From NCBI GenBank assembly GCA_963737905.1, contig CAVTUQ010000026.1, positions 1-64,000 on the forward strand: 64,000 nt of DNA, given 5' to 3'. The notes under the pieces are model-generated. The model was not told the DNA's origin and made no database searches. It was given only the letters and a program-made list of their open reading frames with translations. This DNA is from an uncultured delta proteobacterium. GTDB taxonomy: Bacteria; Desulfobacterota; Binatia; UBA9968. Shown here piece after piece: positions 50,342 through 61,241 of this stretch. The translations under genes were made by a program, and so were the position numbers. Position 1 is the stretch's first letter. Every line of letters starts with the position of its first letter.

Positions 50342-50650
50342 GCGGCGCAAGACGACGATTTCTGAGGCGTGCGGGAAAAGGGGTCCGGAGTCTTTTGCAT
50401 ACTCGCGTATTCTTGTGTCCGCATCGCACCGGAGGCCGGCTGAAATGGAAGTATTGAGCGCCGTCGCGATGCGCCAGGTTATGGAAAACCTCGGGCCGAA
50501 GTTTGAGCAGAGCGACAATTGGAAAGGAAGCATGGCCGAGCGATTGAGCTCGACTTATGCTCTTTTGCGGGTCGCTTGGCGCCGCAGGAAAGCAGCGCCA
50601 AGAACGCGAACGATTCGCACGAGATAGTTATGGTTGGATAGAATGGCGGT

Positions 50651-51067
50651 TTACTCAACAGACAGAATTGCGATCCCAAGTGACGCTCGGAGCAGTTCGA
50701 AATCCGAAGTGTTTGTTGTAGCAACCGTTGCTCCGTGGCGCCGCGCAGTGAGCGCAATCAACGCGTCGTTTTGAAAATCTCGGCGCTTGTTTATGTCCCA
50801 GTGCTGCCTGTCACCGATGTGTCGCACGAGTCGGCCAGCCTCCCACCAGTCGGACACCGAGGGCTCCCATCGCACGGTGGCCAATTCGAAGAGCTTGGCG
50901 ACAAGTTGCTCGGCGTCACGGCCGCGAGCGCCGCGACGAAGTTCCGATAGGACCACTGCCGAATGGCGAATAATATACGCTCGCCTGAGATCATCGAGTG
51001 TGTCTTCGTATAACCCGCGCTCCCAGTGATCGATATAAACGCTGGTATCCAGAATGGCTACGGCCAA
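50651..51067 (-). CDS. vapC: PIN-domain (VapC-like) toxin
   Basis: ILDTSVYID, VVLSEL, NDALIA, T.N..DF acidic PIN residues. Confidence 0.88.
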   Translation of the reverse strand: MAVAILDTSVYIDHWERGLYEDTLDDLRRAYIIRHSAVVLSELRRGARGRDAEQLVAKLFELATVRWEPSVSDWWEAGRLVRHIGDRQHWDINKRRDFQNDALIALTARRHGATVATTNTSDFELLRASLGIAILSVE

Positions 51068-51068
51068 C

Positions 51069-51272
51069 CTAAGATTTCTCCACGCTTCCAGGCTTAAGCG
51101 AACGACGAGTTTTCTTCATGAACTCCCAAAATTTCTCCATTTCGGCCACGCGCTCGACCGATATACGAATGACCTCGGCCTCGGTCTTTACTCCAAGTGC
51201 TTTTTTCGCGCGGTCGAGCGCCCGCTCGTCAATGAAATAGGACTTGCGCTTCAATTTCGCCCTTCCTGCCAT
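51069..51272 (-). CDS. VapB-like antitoxin
   Basis: RKSYFIDERALDRAKKALGVKTEAEVI RHH-like pattern; GGAGGT SD; immediately upstream of the PIN gene. Confidence 0.75.
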   Translation of the reverse strand: MAGRAKLKRKSYFIDERALDRAKKALGVKTEAEVIRISVERVAEMEKFWEFMKKTRRSLKPGSVEKS

Positions 51273-51516
51273 TTTTACCTCCAAACAAGCACCGGCGGAT
51301 GTGCATACATAATAAACAATTCAGGCATATGTCTCAAGTTCTGGCTTCGGCAATCAATTTCCTCGGCGGACCCCCAAATCTTTGCAGGGAAAGAGCTGGA
51401 AGAGAGGTAGGGGATCAGTTCAGTTATTGAAATTCGTAAGCGTCTTGGAATATGGTGCCACGGCAATCTGATCGTGGCCGAGATCGCTCAATTAACATTT
51501 GAGAGGAGACAAGCAC

Positions 51517-52464
51517 ATGACCGCTTTTGGACTCCTACTGCCGACACGGGAAATCGTCATGAACCAAGAGATCCCTGACTTTGGTCAGATTGTTGATCTG
51601 GCGGAGCAAGCAGAAGCGTTGGGATTCGACTCCGTCTGGGTGGGCGACAGCATCCTCGCCCGTCCGCGATTCGAGGCGTTGACCACACTGGCCGCCATCG
51701 CGGCGCGAACTCAGCGGGTACGATTGGGGACTGCCGTGCTCCTCCCCGTGCTCCGTCAACCGGTCGTGCTAGCCAATCAGGTCGCGAATCTCGACCTTGT
51801 TGCCAATGGGCGGCTCATCCTCGGTGTCGGTATCGCCGGCAATAACGCTTCCGTCGCCGCGGAATTCGCCGCTTGCGGGGTGCCGATCGCCCGCCGCATC
51901 GGAATGTTCGAAGAAACCCTCACGCTCATGCGCCGGTTGTGGACTGAACCAGAGGTGACGTTTCAGGGGCGCTATTTTAAGGTCCAGTCGGTGCGGCTGG
52001 GCCTGCGTCCTCTCCAACCGTCGGGTGTCCCGCTTTGGCTCGCTGGGAGTGGGGATAACGCGCTCCGGCGGGTGCTGCGGCTGGGAGATGGCTGGTTGCC
52101 CATTTCCTCGCCCCAGGCCTTTACAGCGGATTGGGAGCGTCTCAAGGTCTTAGGGCAAGAAATGGGACGCGACGCCCGGGACCTCCACCGCTGTTTGTAT
52201 ACCACGCTCAACGTTAATCCCGATGTCGCCCAAGCGCAGCGCGAGCTGCGCGCGTTCATTGAAAGCTATTACGGGATACCCTATGAGGTGCAAGCCACTC
52301 GGAACGGTCTCTGCGCAGGGTCGCCGGAACAGTGCAGTGCGTGGCTTCAGGCGTTTATTCACGCCGGCGCGCAGACGATCGTGATTCGGTTCGGCAGCCC
52401 CGATCAAAACGGACAACTGATGCGATTTGCCGAGGAGGTTCTGCCACACTTCCGGCCAGGATGA
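51517..52464 (+). CDS. LLM-class flavin-dependent oxidoreductase
   Basis: AEALGFDSVWVGD, LGTAVLL, GRLILGVG, PLWLAG, DGWLP. Confidence 0.92.
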   Translation: MTAFGLLLPTREIVMNQEIPDFGQIVDLAEQAEALGFDSVWVGDSILARPRFEALTTLAAIAARTQRVRLGTAVLLPVLRQPVVLANQVANLDLVANGRLILGVGIAGNNASVAAEFAACGVPIARRIGMFEETLTLMRRLWTEPEVTFQGRYFKVQSVRLGLRPLQPSGVPLWLAGSGDNALRRVLRLGDGWLPISSPQAFTADWERLKVLGQEMGRDARDLHRCLYTTLNVNPDVAQAQRELRAFIESYYGIPYEVQATRNGLCAGSPEQCSAWLQAFIHAGAQTIVIRFGSPDQNGQLMRFAEEVLPHFRPG

Positions 52465-52688
52465 AATACCAAATTGGGCTGCGAGGGTTGTGCGCGTCGG
52501 GTGCTTGCAAGGTATATGAGAGGAAAGAAAATGGCATAAAGGGTGCCAGCCAAACAAGCAGGCACATAGCCTCCAACTGATCCTTGACGGCAGTACTTCA
52601 ATTCAACTAAACATAGGCGACCATTCGAGTGGAATTTTAGACTGGACGAAACAATCCCGTGTTGCGGCGCGGCCGATGAGAGCTACAT

Positions 52689-53000
52689 GTGGATATTGAA
52701 GATATCAGGCGTAAGGTTACTGAGGGAAGGTACCCTATCTCTTTTACTCACACTGAAAAATTACGATTGAGAAGAATAAAAGCCGTGGACATTGAGCAGG
52801 CGGTAAAATCGGGTAATATCATCGAAGACTATCCCAATGATCCGAGGGGAGCCAGTTGTTTAATCCTTGGCCGTGTCGGCAACAGACCTTTACATATTCT
52901 CTTTGCCCAATTGGAAGCGCAAGAGATTCTTGTTGTCACTGCGTATGAGCCTGATCCGGAAGAGTGGGAAAATGATTGGCAAACAAGGAAGGCGAGGTGA
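52689..53000 (+). CDS. DUF4258-like putative toxin
   Basis: IIEDYPNDPRGASCLILG, RPLH, VVTAYEPD..W. Confidence 0.8.
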   Translation: MDIEDIRRKVTEGRYPISFTHTEKLRLRRIKAVDIEQAVKSGNIIEDYPNDPRGASCLILGRVGNRPLHILFAQLEAQEILVVTAYEPDPEEWENDWQTRKAR

Positions 53001-53004
53001 GTTT

Positions 53005-53244
53005 ATGATTACGGAATGTTACTTCTGCAAGGGTAAAGTGGTCGAAGTGAAAACTGAAGTCGATTTTCGCTGGGGTAAGAAGCTCAAGGTTCTGAAAAAT
53101 GTTCCGGCGCGCGTTTGCCAACAATGTGGAGAGAAATACTTTGAAGCGACTATTTACAAGGCAATGGAGAGGCTTGTCATCCGTCGAGTAAAACCATCGG
53201 CCCGTATGAGTGTGGATGTAGTTCAATTTAAAGAAGCCGTATGA
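53005..53244 (+). CDS. YgiT/MqsA-type zinc-finger protein (putative antitoxin)
   Basis: CYFCKG ... NVPARVCQQCGEKYF. Confidence 0.85.
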   Translation: MITECYFCKGKVVEVKTEVDFRWGKKLKVLKNVPARVCQQCGEKYFEATIYKAMERLVIRRVKPSARMSVDVVQFKEAV

Positions 53245-53420
53245 AGCCAGAAACGCAAGAGTTGACCACCCAATGTTTACCGCTTGACGCTGACCCAACA
53301 CCTCCAATAGATATTACATGCAACCGTTGAGCTCATGAAAGCCGACGGGGTCATGACATCCGTTGAGAGCTAACTCTAAAGACTAGGCCCGGACTGGGTT
53401 TCCCCAGCCGGGCTTGCTTT

Positions 53421-56400
53421 ATGAAAACTCCCTCTAAAAAACTTGCGCAGAAACCAAACACGAAGGTCCGCGCTACTTCAAACGCGGTGTCTATTGCGGA
53501 ACTAAAGAAGACCATCGCCGCGCAGGTGCAAGAGTTGCAACAGGCTGCTAAGCAGCAAGACGCGACCAGCGAAGTCTTGCGCATGATCGCCACCGCACCG
53601 GGGAACCTGCAGGGGGTGCTGGATGCTCTCGCAGAACGTGCCGCGCGTCTTTGCGAGTCCTACGACGCCGTTATCCAGCGTGTCGATGGTGATTTCTTGT
53701 TCCGGGCAGCCCATTTTGGTCCTGTGCCGGTGGGTGAAATTCGACCAATACCACTCACTCGCGAGCTCCCGTCCGGGCGGGCCATTGTCGACCGGCAGAC
53801 GGTTCATGTCGACGATGTTGTGTTGGAGATCGAGACTGAGTACCCAGATGTCGCAGAGATCCAAAAACGTAGCGGAAGTCGGACAGTCCTTGCCACGCCC
53901 TTACTGAGCCGGGGTGTTCCCATCGGGGTTATTAATGTCCGCCGCATGGAGGTTCAACGCTTCTCGGACAAACAGATCAAACTGCTCGAAACCTTCGCTG
54001 ACCAGGCCGTCATTGCCATCGAGAACGCGCGGCTTTTCCGAGAATTAAAGGAATCGTTGGCGCAGCAAACGGCGACGAGTGAAATATTGGGCGTCATCGC
54101 TAGCTCGCCGACGGATATTCAGCCGGTATTGGATGTCATTGCTGAGAACGCCGCGCGCATTTGTGGAACGTCTGATGTCTCCATCGTTCGCGTCGAGGAT
54201 GATGGCTATAGGGTCGTCGCGACTTACGGCTCTGCGCCCAACTGGACGTCCGGAGAAACCCGTCCCCTCGATCGCGGTTCCGTGGTTGGCCGTGCGATTG
54301 TCGACTCTGAGACGATACATATCGATGATGTCCGAGCAGTCGAAGAGGACTTTTGGAGCGCGGGTGCGGCACGAGCGGGTTTAAGAACCCTGGCCGCGAT
54401 TCCACTACTGCGCGAGGGAATCGCGATCGGTGCAATCTCGATCCGCCGCACGGAGGTTCGTCCTTTCTCAGAAAAACAAATCGGTCTTCTAAAAACCTTC
54501 GCCGACCAGGCCGTGATCGCCATCGAGAACGTGCGACTGTTCAAGGAACTGCAAGAGCTTAACGCAGAATTGCGCGAAGCCCTGGAGCACCAGACGGCAA
54601 CGTCCGAAGTGCTCGGCATCATCAGCCGCTCGCCGACCGACGTGCAGCCGGTGCTCGACGCCATCGTCGAGAGCGCCGCTCGGGTTTGCGGGATCGATGA
54701 TTTAGTGCTGCACATTCAGGAAGGGGACCGTCTTGTTTCGCGTGCTCATTTTGGCTCCATACCTGTGCCAAGCGGCCGCCTCGACATCGGCATGGATGAT
54801 TTACAATTTCGCTGGATGCGCGAGCACGGCACGCTTCACATTCCCGACGTTAACGAGCAGAACGACTTTCAAATCGTGAACATCAGTGGGTGGCGCAGTT
54901 TTTTGGCCGTTCCCCTACGTCAGCAGGAGGAACTCATTGGAGGATTGACCGCACGTCGCATCGAGGTGCGTCCCTTCACGCCGGCGCAGATCCGGCTACT
55001 TGAGACCTTCGCTGACCAGGCCGTCATCGCCATTGAGAACATACGGTTATTTCAAGAACTCAAAGAATCGTTGGAGCAGCAGACTGCAACAAGCGAAATT
55101 CTGGGCGTCATTGCCAGCTCGCCGACGGACATTCAACCGGTGTTAGACGTCGTCGCCGAAAATGCTGCACGACTGTGCGATGCCAGCGACGCGTTAATAT
55201 TTCGGGTGGACGGGGATATTCTTCGATTCGCGGCAAAATACGGTACCATGCCGGTCGCGGAGGCTAACCGTCCGATCGTTCGTGACACCCCAGGAGGTCG
55301 AGCCGTTGTTGACCGACAAACAATTCATGTCCGAGACCTCGCAGCTGAGATCGAAACTGAGTACCCGCAGTATGAGAACAGGAGTACTCGTACCGCACTC
55401 GCCACGCCTCTGCTTCGCGAGGGCATCCCGATCGGACTAATTTTTATTCGGCGGACCGAGGTACGGCCGTTTTCAGACAGACAGATCGCCTTGCTCAAGA
55501 CCTTTGCTGCTCAAGCGGTCATCGCCATTGAGAACGTGCGGTTGTTCAAGGAGATCCAGGAGCGCAACGCAGAATTGCGTGAGGCCCTGGAGCATCAGAC
55601 CGCAACCGCCGAGGTGCTGGGCATCATCAGCCGCTCGCCGACGGACGTGCAGCCGGTGCTCGACGCCATCGTCGAGAGCGCGGCGCGGGTTTGTGGAATT
55701 GATGACGTGATGCTGCGACTCCGCGAGGGGAACACAATGGTGTGCGCGGGCCCATTTTGGTCCTATACCTAACGTCCGTGCGTCGAGATCAGTAGTGAGG
55801 ATCCACGGTTTCACTGGATGCGTGAACATGGCACACTGCATATTCCTGACGTCCGCGCGCACAGAACGATTTTCTAACGTTGGGTTCCGTTACTGGCTTC
55901 CGCACCTACTTAGGCGCTCCCCTTCGCCAGCATGGGGAATTATTGGAGGATTGGGCGCGCGTCGGATCGAAGTGCGTCCCTTCACTCCGGCGCAGATCAA
56001 GCTCCTCGAAACCTTCGCTGACCAGGCGGTCATCGCCATTGAGAACGTGCGGCTGTTCCAGGAACTTAAGGAGTCGTTGGAGCAGCAAACCGCGACGAGT
56101 GAAATATTGGGCGTCATCGCTAGCTCGCCGACGGACATTCAGCCTGTGTTGGATGCGGTCGCGGCGAATGCCGCGCGGCTCTGCGATGCGAGCGATGCTT
56201 TGATTGATCGCGTCGATGGTGATGTCTTTGAGCATGTAGCGGTGTATGGCGCAATGCCGGTCGCGGGAAGCCGACGGCCTCTAACTCGTAGCACGCCCGC
56301 CGGCCGAGCCATCATCGACCGCAGAACCATTCACATTCATGATGTTGTGCCCGAGCTTGAAACAGAGTACCCGGAAGCCAAGGCGCGCCAGCAAGTTACA

Positions 56401-59400
56401 GGCACGCGCACTGTTCTTGTTACGCCATTGCTTCGTGAAGGAGTTGCGATCGGCACAATTCAGATTCGCCGATCGGAAGTTCGTCCTTTCTCGGAGAAGC
56501 AAATCGCCCTGCTCAAAACCTTCGCCGACCAGGCAGTGATCGCGATCGAGAACGTGCGGCTGTTCAAGGAGATCCAGGAGCGCAACGCAGAATTGCGCGA
56601 GGCGCTGGAGCATCAGACCGCAACGGCCGAGGTGCTCGGCATCATCAGCCGCTCGCCGACGGACGTGCAGCCGGTGCTCGACGCTATCGTCGAAAGCGCG
56701 GCAAGGGTTTGCGGGATCGATGATATGATCTTGCGACTCTGCGAGGGCAACACCATGGTCGCGCGCGCACATTTCGGTCAGATGGCCCTTCCTGAAGGCG
56801 AAATTGGTACAGATGCGCCGCCGGTTCTGTTGGGTGCGGGAGCACGGCACGCTCCACGTTCCTGATATCCGTACGCAGAATGATATTCCCGTTTGTGTTT
56901 CCTGGCACGTTGCGCACTTTTTTAATAGTTCCCCTTCGTCAGCATGGACAACTCATTGGAACCCTGACGGCGCGTCGCATCGAGGTGCGTCCTTTCACCC
57001 CGGTGCAGATTAAGCTGCTCGAAACCTTCGCCGATCAAGCCGTCATCGCCATTGAGAACGTGCGGCTGTTCCAAGAACTAAAAGAGTCTTTGGAGCAGCA
57101 GACGGCGACGAGTGAAATTCTGGGCGTCATCGCAAGCTCGCCGACGGATATCCAGCCCGTATTGGACACCATCGCTGAGAATGCTGCGCGCGTGTGCGGC
57201 TCATACGACGCGCTGATTCGACTAGTCGAGGGGGATAAGCTGCGACTGGTGGCGCACTATGGCCCCTTGGAACCGGGTTTCGATCTCGAGCAAGCCTTGA
57301 CGCGCGACTCCGTCGGCGGCCGGGCTGTCCTTGATCGCGAGCTAATCCACATTGAAGATTTGATGGCCGTTGCTGCAACCAAGTTTCCAGAGGCGGTCAG
57401 CGCTGTCGAGCGTATGGGTGGTCGCACGATACTTGCCGCGCCCTTACTACGCGAGGGCGTTGCGATCGGGGTGATTTTTATTCGTCGAACCGAGGTACGT
57501 CCGTTTACGGACAAGCAGATCGCGCTTCTCAAAACCTTTGCTTCTCAGGCGGTGATCGCTATCGAGAACGTGCGATTGTTCAAGGAGATCCAGGAGCGCA
57601 ACGCAGAATTGCGCGAGGCCCTGGAGCATCAGACCGCAACAGCCGAGGTGCTCGGTATCATCAGCCGCTCGCCGACGGACGTGCAGCCCGTGCTCGACGC
57701 CATTGTCGAAAGCGTGGCAAAGGTTTGTGGGATTGATGACGTGGGGCTGCGACTTCACGAGGGGAACACTATGGTTTCGCGGGCACATTTTGGTCCCATG
57801 CCCATCGTCCGCGTCGAGATCAGCATTGATGAGCCACACTATCGCTGGATGCGCGAGCGTGGCACGCTCCATATTCCTGACATCCGCGCGCAGAACGATT
57901 TCCCGACCGTAGGCTCCGCCGGCGGCTGGCGCACCTATTTAGCCGCTCCCCTTCGTCAGCAGGGGAAACTCATCGGCGCACTGAACGCGCGCCGCACCGA
58001 AGTACGCCCCTTCACGCCGGCGCAGATCAAACTACTTGAAACCTTCGCTGATCAAGCCGTCATAGCCATTGAAAATGTCCGCCTGTTCAAGGAACTGCAG
58101 GAACGTAACCACGACCTCACCGAGGCGCTGGAGCAGCAGACCGCCACGAGCGAGATTCTGCGCGTGATCGCCAGCTCGCCGACCGATGTGCAACCGGTGC
58201 TAGATGTCGTGGCGGAGAATGCAGCGCGACTTTGCGACGCGTCCGACGCTTTGATCCTTCGCGTCGCTGGCGACACCCTTCAGACGGTGGCGAGATTTGG
58301 ACCAATTGCAAGTGCTGCTTCCAGGGTAATCAGTCGCGGCTTTCCAGGGGGCCGCGCTGTGATCGACCAGCAGACCATACATGTCCATGACATGGCTGCA
58401 GCAGTCGAAACCGAGTTCCCGGAGGCTCGTATCCTTCAACAACTTTCGAGCGCTCGAACTGTTCTCGCTACACCATTACTCCGAGAGGGTATTGCAATCG
58501 GCTGTATTACGATTCGACGACCCGAGGTCCATCCCTTTAGCGACAAGCAAATCTCCCTGCTTAAAACCTTCGCCGACCAGGCCGTGATCGCCATCGAGAA
58601 CGTGCGGTTGTTTAAAGAATTGGATGAGCGAACCAACGAATTGACACGCTCGGTGGGCGAGCTCAAAGCCCTCGGCGAAGTCGGTCAAGTGGTAAGCTCG
58701 ACTCTGGATCTCGAAACCGTGCTGACGAGAATCGTCTCCCACGCGGTTCAGTTGAGCGGCACCGACGGCGGGGCGATTTACGAATACGACGAGCAATCGG
58801 AAGAGTTTCTTCTGCGTGCAACCGATCATATGGAGGACGAACTCATCAACGCGCTGCGTGCTAATCCGCCTCGGCTAGGAGATGGTGTAGTCGGACGGGC
58901 AGCGGCCAGCTCGTGAACCGGTCCAGGTCCCCAATATCTTGGAGGAGCGCGGCTTACGCGCCGCGCATGCGCCAATTGCTGGAACGTTTCGGTTTCCGCG
59001 CCAGCCTGGCCGTTCCGTTGCTGCGCGAAGACCACATCATCGGTAGTCTAGTGGTAAGGCGAAAATCGATTGGCGACTTTCGCCCCGAAGTTATCGAGCT
59101 TTTGAAAACCTTCGCCACCCAGTCAGTGTTAGCGATCCAAAACGCGCGGCTGTTCCGTGAGATCGAGGATAAGAGCCGCCAGATCGAGGCCGCTAACCGG
59201 CACAAATCTGAATTCCTGGCCAACATGTCCCACGAACTACGCACCCCGCTCAATGCGATTATCGGGTTCTCCGAAGTCTTGGGAGAGAGGCTTTTTGGCG
59301 AGCTGAACGAGAAACAAGCCGAGTACACAGACGACATTCTCACTTCCGGTCGCCATCTTTTGTCCCTCATCAATGAGATTCTCGATCTCTCAAAGGTCGA

Positions 59401-59887
59401 GGCCGGGCGCATGGAGCTGGAGCTGGCTACATTCGATCTGCCGCTGGCGATAGACAATGCGCGAACCTTCGTACGCGAGCGCGCCACCAGGCACGGCATT
59501 AATCTCGACGTTACAGTCGACGAGCGCCTTGGGGATTTCAGCGGCGATGAGCGCAAGATCAAGCAGATTCTACTCAATCTGCTTTCCAATGCCGTTAAGT
59601 TCACGCCGGAGGGGGGACGGATCGGCATTAACGCCAGGCAGACCGACGGCGTAGTGGAAATCTCCGTCACTGACACAGGTATTGGCATCGCCCCGGAGGA
59701 CCAGCCCAAGATCTTCGAGGAGTTTCGCCAGGTGGGCTCCGACTATGTTCACAAAAGCGAGGGGACAGGACTGGGGTTAACCTTGGCCAAGAAGTTCGTC
59801 GAGCTGCACGGAGGAAGGATTTGGGTAGAGAGCGAAGTAGGGAAGGGCTCCACCTTTATCTTCACCCTACCTATCAACCTGGTGTGA
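53421..59887 (+). CDS. cytoplasmic sensor histidine kinase with 11 tandem GAF domains + HisKA + HATPase_c (~2150 aa, interrupted by several frameshifts)
   Basis: 11 occurrences of the TFAxQxVxAI(E/Q)NxRLF GAF-exit motif across ORFs 53421-55772, 55795-56865, 56880-58916 and 58913-59887; H-box [15 protein letters not shown]-box [11 protein letters not shown]1 DTGIGI, G2 GTGLGL. Confidence 0.88.
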
Positions 59888-60085
59888 AGGGTGAGGGGTA
59901 AGGGGTGAGGAGAAAAACTGCAGAAATCCGAAGCACGAAATCCGAAATTCGAAACAAATTTAAAACGAGAAAGAAACGAGACAATGTTCCAAAGAGAGTG
60001 ATCGGATTCCGAGTTTTGGATTTTCTTCGTTTTCCGGTTTTGGGTTCCGTTTGTTTCGGATTTCGAAATTCGGATTTCGGAATTT
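59885..60085. repeat. 7-bp period repeats: (TGAGGGG)-type tract, then inverted (CGAAATY)n arms
   Basis: tgaaggg tgagggg taagggg; left arm aaatccgaagcacgaaatccgaaattcgaaac (59924-59955), right arm gtttcggatttcgaaattcggatttcggaattt (~60053-60085). Confidence 0.75.
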
Positions 60086-60271
60086 TAGTACGGGGACTTG
60101 GCGCCTTAGCGCCCCTTCGACGGAGTTTATCCTGAGCTTAGCCGATGGACTCAGGACATGCTTAGCGGGAGAAAAATCCGAGTCCGAAAATGAATGATCG
60201 CGCGCAAAGCATACCCTAAGCGAAGTGCGCTCTGCTATGAAGTTGGAACGTCGAATCGGAGGAAACATAAT

Positions 60272-60502
60272 ATGTCGCAAACGATAGCTATTAAATTGTC
60301 GGTGCCGGATGATCTAGCCCGTTTTTGTTTACCAGACGGTGTTAACGCCCGACTCCAAGAACTGTTAGACCGCCAAGATAGGGGCCAGCGACTGACCCCG
60401 GCGGAGCGAAAGGAAGCAGAGGGTCTGGTGAATCTGGCCGAGCTGCTTTCGCTGCTGCGGCTGCGCGTTGAACGAATCGGCAGTCGGCGGACAAAGAGCT
60501 GA
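60272..60502 (+). CDS. small helical protein, putative antitoxin partner of the HNH nuclease
   Basis: GGAGG SD; RLQELLDRQ..LTPAERKEAEGLV; TGATG overlap with the HNH gene. Confidence 0.7.
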   Translation: MSQTIAIKLSVPDDLARFCLPDGVNARLQELLDRQDRGQRLTPAERKEAEGLVNLAELLSLLRLRVERIGSRRTKS

Positions 60503-60918
60503 TGAGCGATGTTCCCGCTCGATTGCGCCGCTTGGTCTTGCGACGTGCGGGTGCCCGATGCGAATACTGTGGATTGTCACAGGAAGGCCAAGAGGCAAGT
60601 TTCCACGTGGATCATATTGTGCCCAAGGTGGCAGGGGGTCCGACTCTTGCGGACAACCTGGCCCTTGCCTGCGTCTCGTGTTCCTTACGAAAGGAAGCGC
60701 GACGCTCCGCCGTCGATCCGATGACCGGTCGCAAGGTCGCTCTATTCCATCCGCGCCGTCAGCGATGGCGACATCACTTTCGCTGGGCGGGCGTTCGTAT
60801 CTTGGGTTTGACTCCGACCGGGCGGGCAACTGCTTCCGCTTTGCGGATGAATCGTCCGCTCATTCTATCAATACGCGAGGAGGAGGCACTGCGTGATCGG
60901 CATCCTCCACCGAACTAA
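60502..60918 (+). CDS. HNH endonuclease
   Basis: RAGARCEYC, FHVDHIVP..GG, NLALACVSC, LFHPR..W..HF, GLTPTGRAT. Confidence 0.9.
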   Translation: MSDVPARLRRLVLRRAGARCEYCGLSQEGQEASFHVDHIVPKVAGGPTLADNLALACVSCSLRKEARRSAVDPMTGRKVALFHPRRQRWRHHFRWAGVRILGLTPTGRATASALRMNRPLILSIREEEALRDRHPPPN

Positions 60919-61009
60919 ACGAGGCGATCTACGGGTGAGTCAGGTTTTCTCAGGCAACTTTCCATTGAGAGGTTTCCTGGTAAAGCCAGTAAGATTGATG
61001 GTAGGTTCG

Positions 61010-61226
61010 CGCAAAGACGCAAAGGGGTGCCAAGTTCGGAGTATTAGGAAAAAGAATTTTACTTTGCGAGGTTAGCGTGCTGGGCGCGAGATAAATCCGA
61101 ATCCGCAAAACATGTCCTGAGACCAAGTCGAAGGGACGCAAAGACGCTCATTTGTGACAGAGAGTGAAATTAGCAAGATCATCCTTAAGTCTTATAAACT
61201 TTGCGCCTTAGCGTCTTTGCGGGAGA
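61010..61226. repeat. composite intergenic repeat: CGCAAAGA/CTTTGCG arms with an embedded REP-like half (61111-61135)
   Basis: cgcaaagacgcaaag (61010-61024) versus ctttgcgccttagcgtctttgcg (61199-61221); catgtcctgagaccaagtcgaaggg. Confidence 0.6.
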
Positions 61227-61241
61227 ATTATCCGAACTCTT

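Noticed and set aside
53284-53415. Riboswitch (for example c-di-GMP) in the kinase leader
   Set aside because: Hairpins are possible, but I could not match the conserved aptamer motifs, and the leader of the second paralogue is not similar.
53421-59887. Phytochrome or cyanobacteriochrome photoreceptor
   Set aside because: No DIP/DxxL and CH bilin-binding motifs and no PAS-GAF-PHY arrangement.
9459-61226. CRISPR arrays in the short intergenic repeats
   Set aside because: Periods are 7-9 bp with no 25-40 bp repeat/unique spacer structure, and there are no cas genes.
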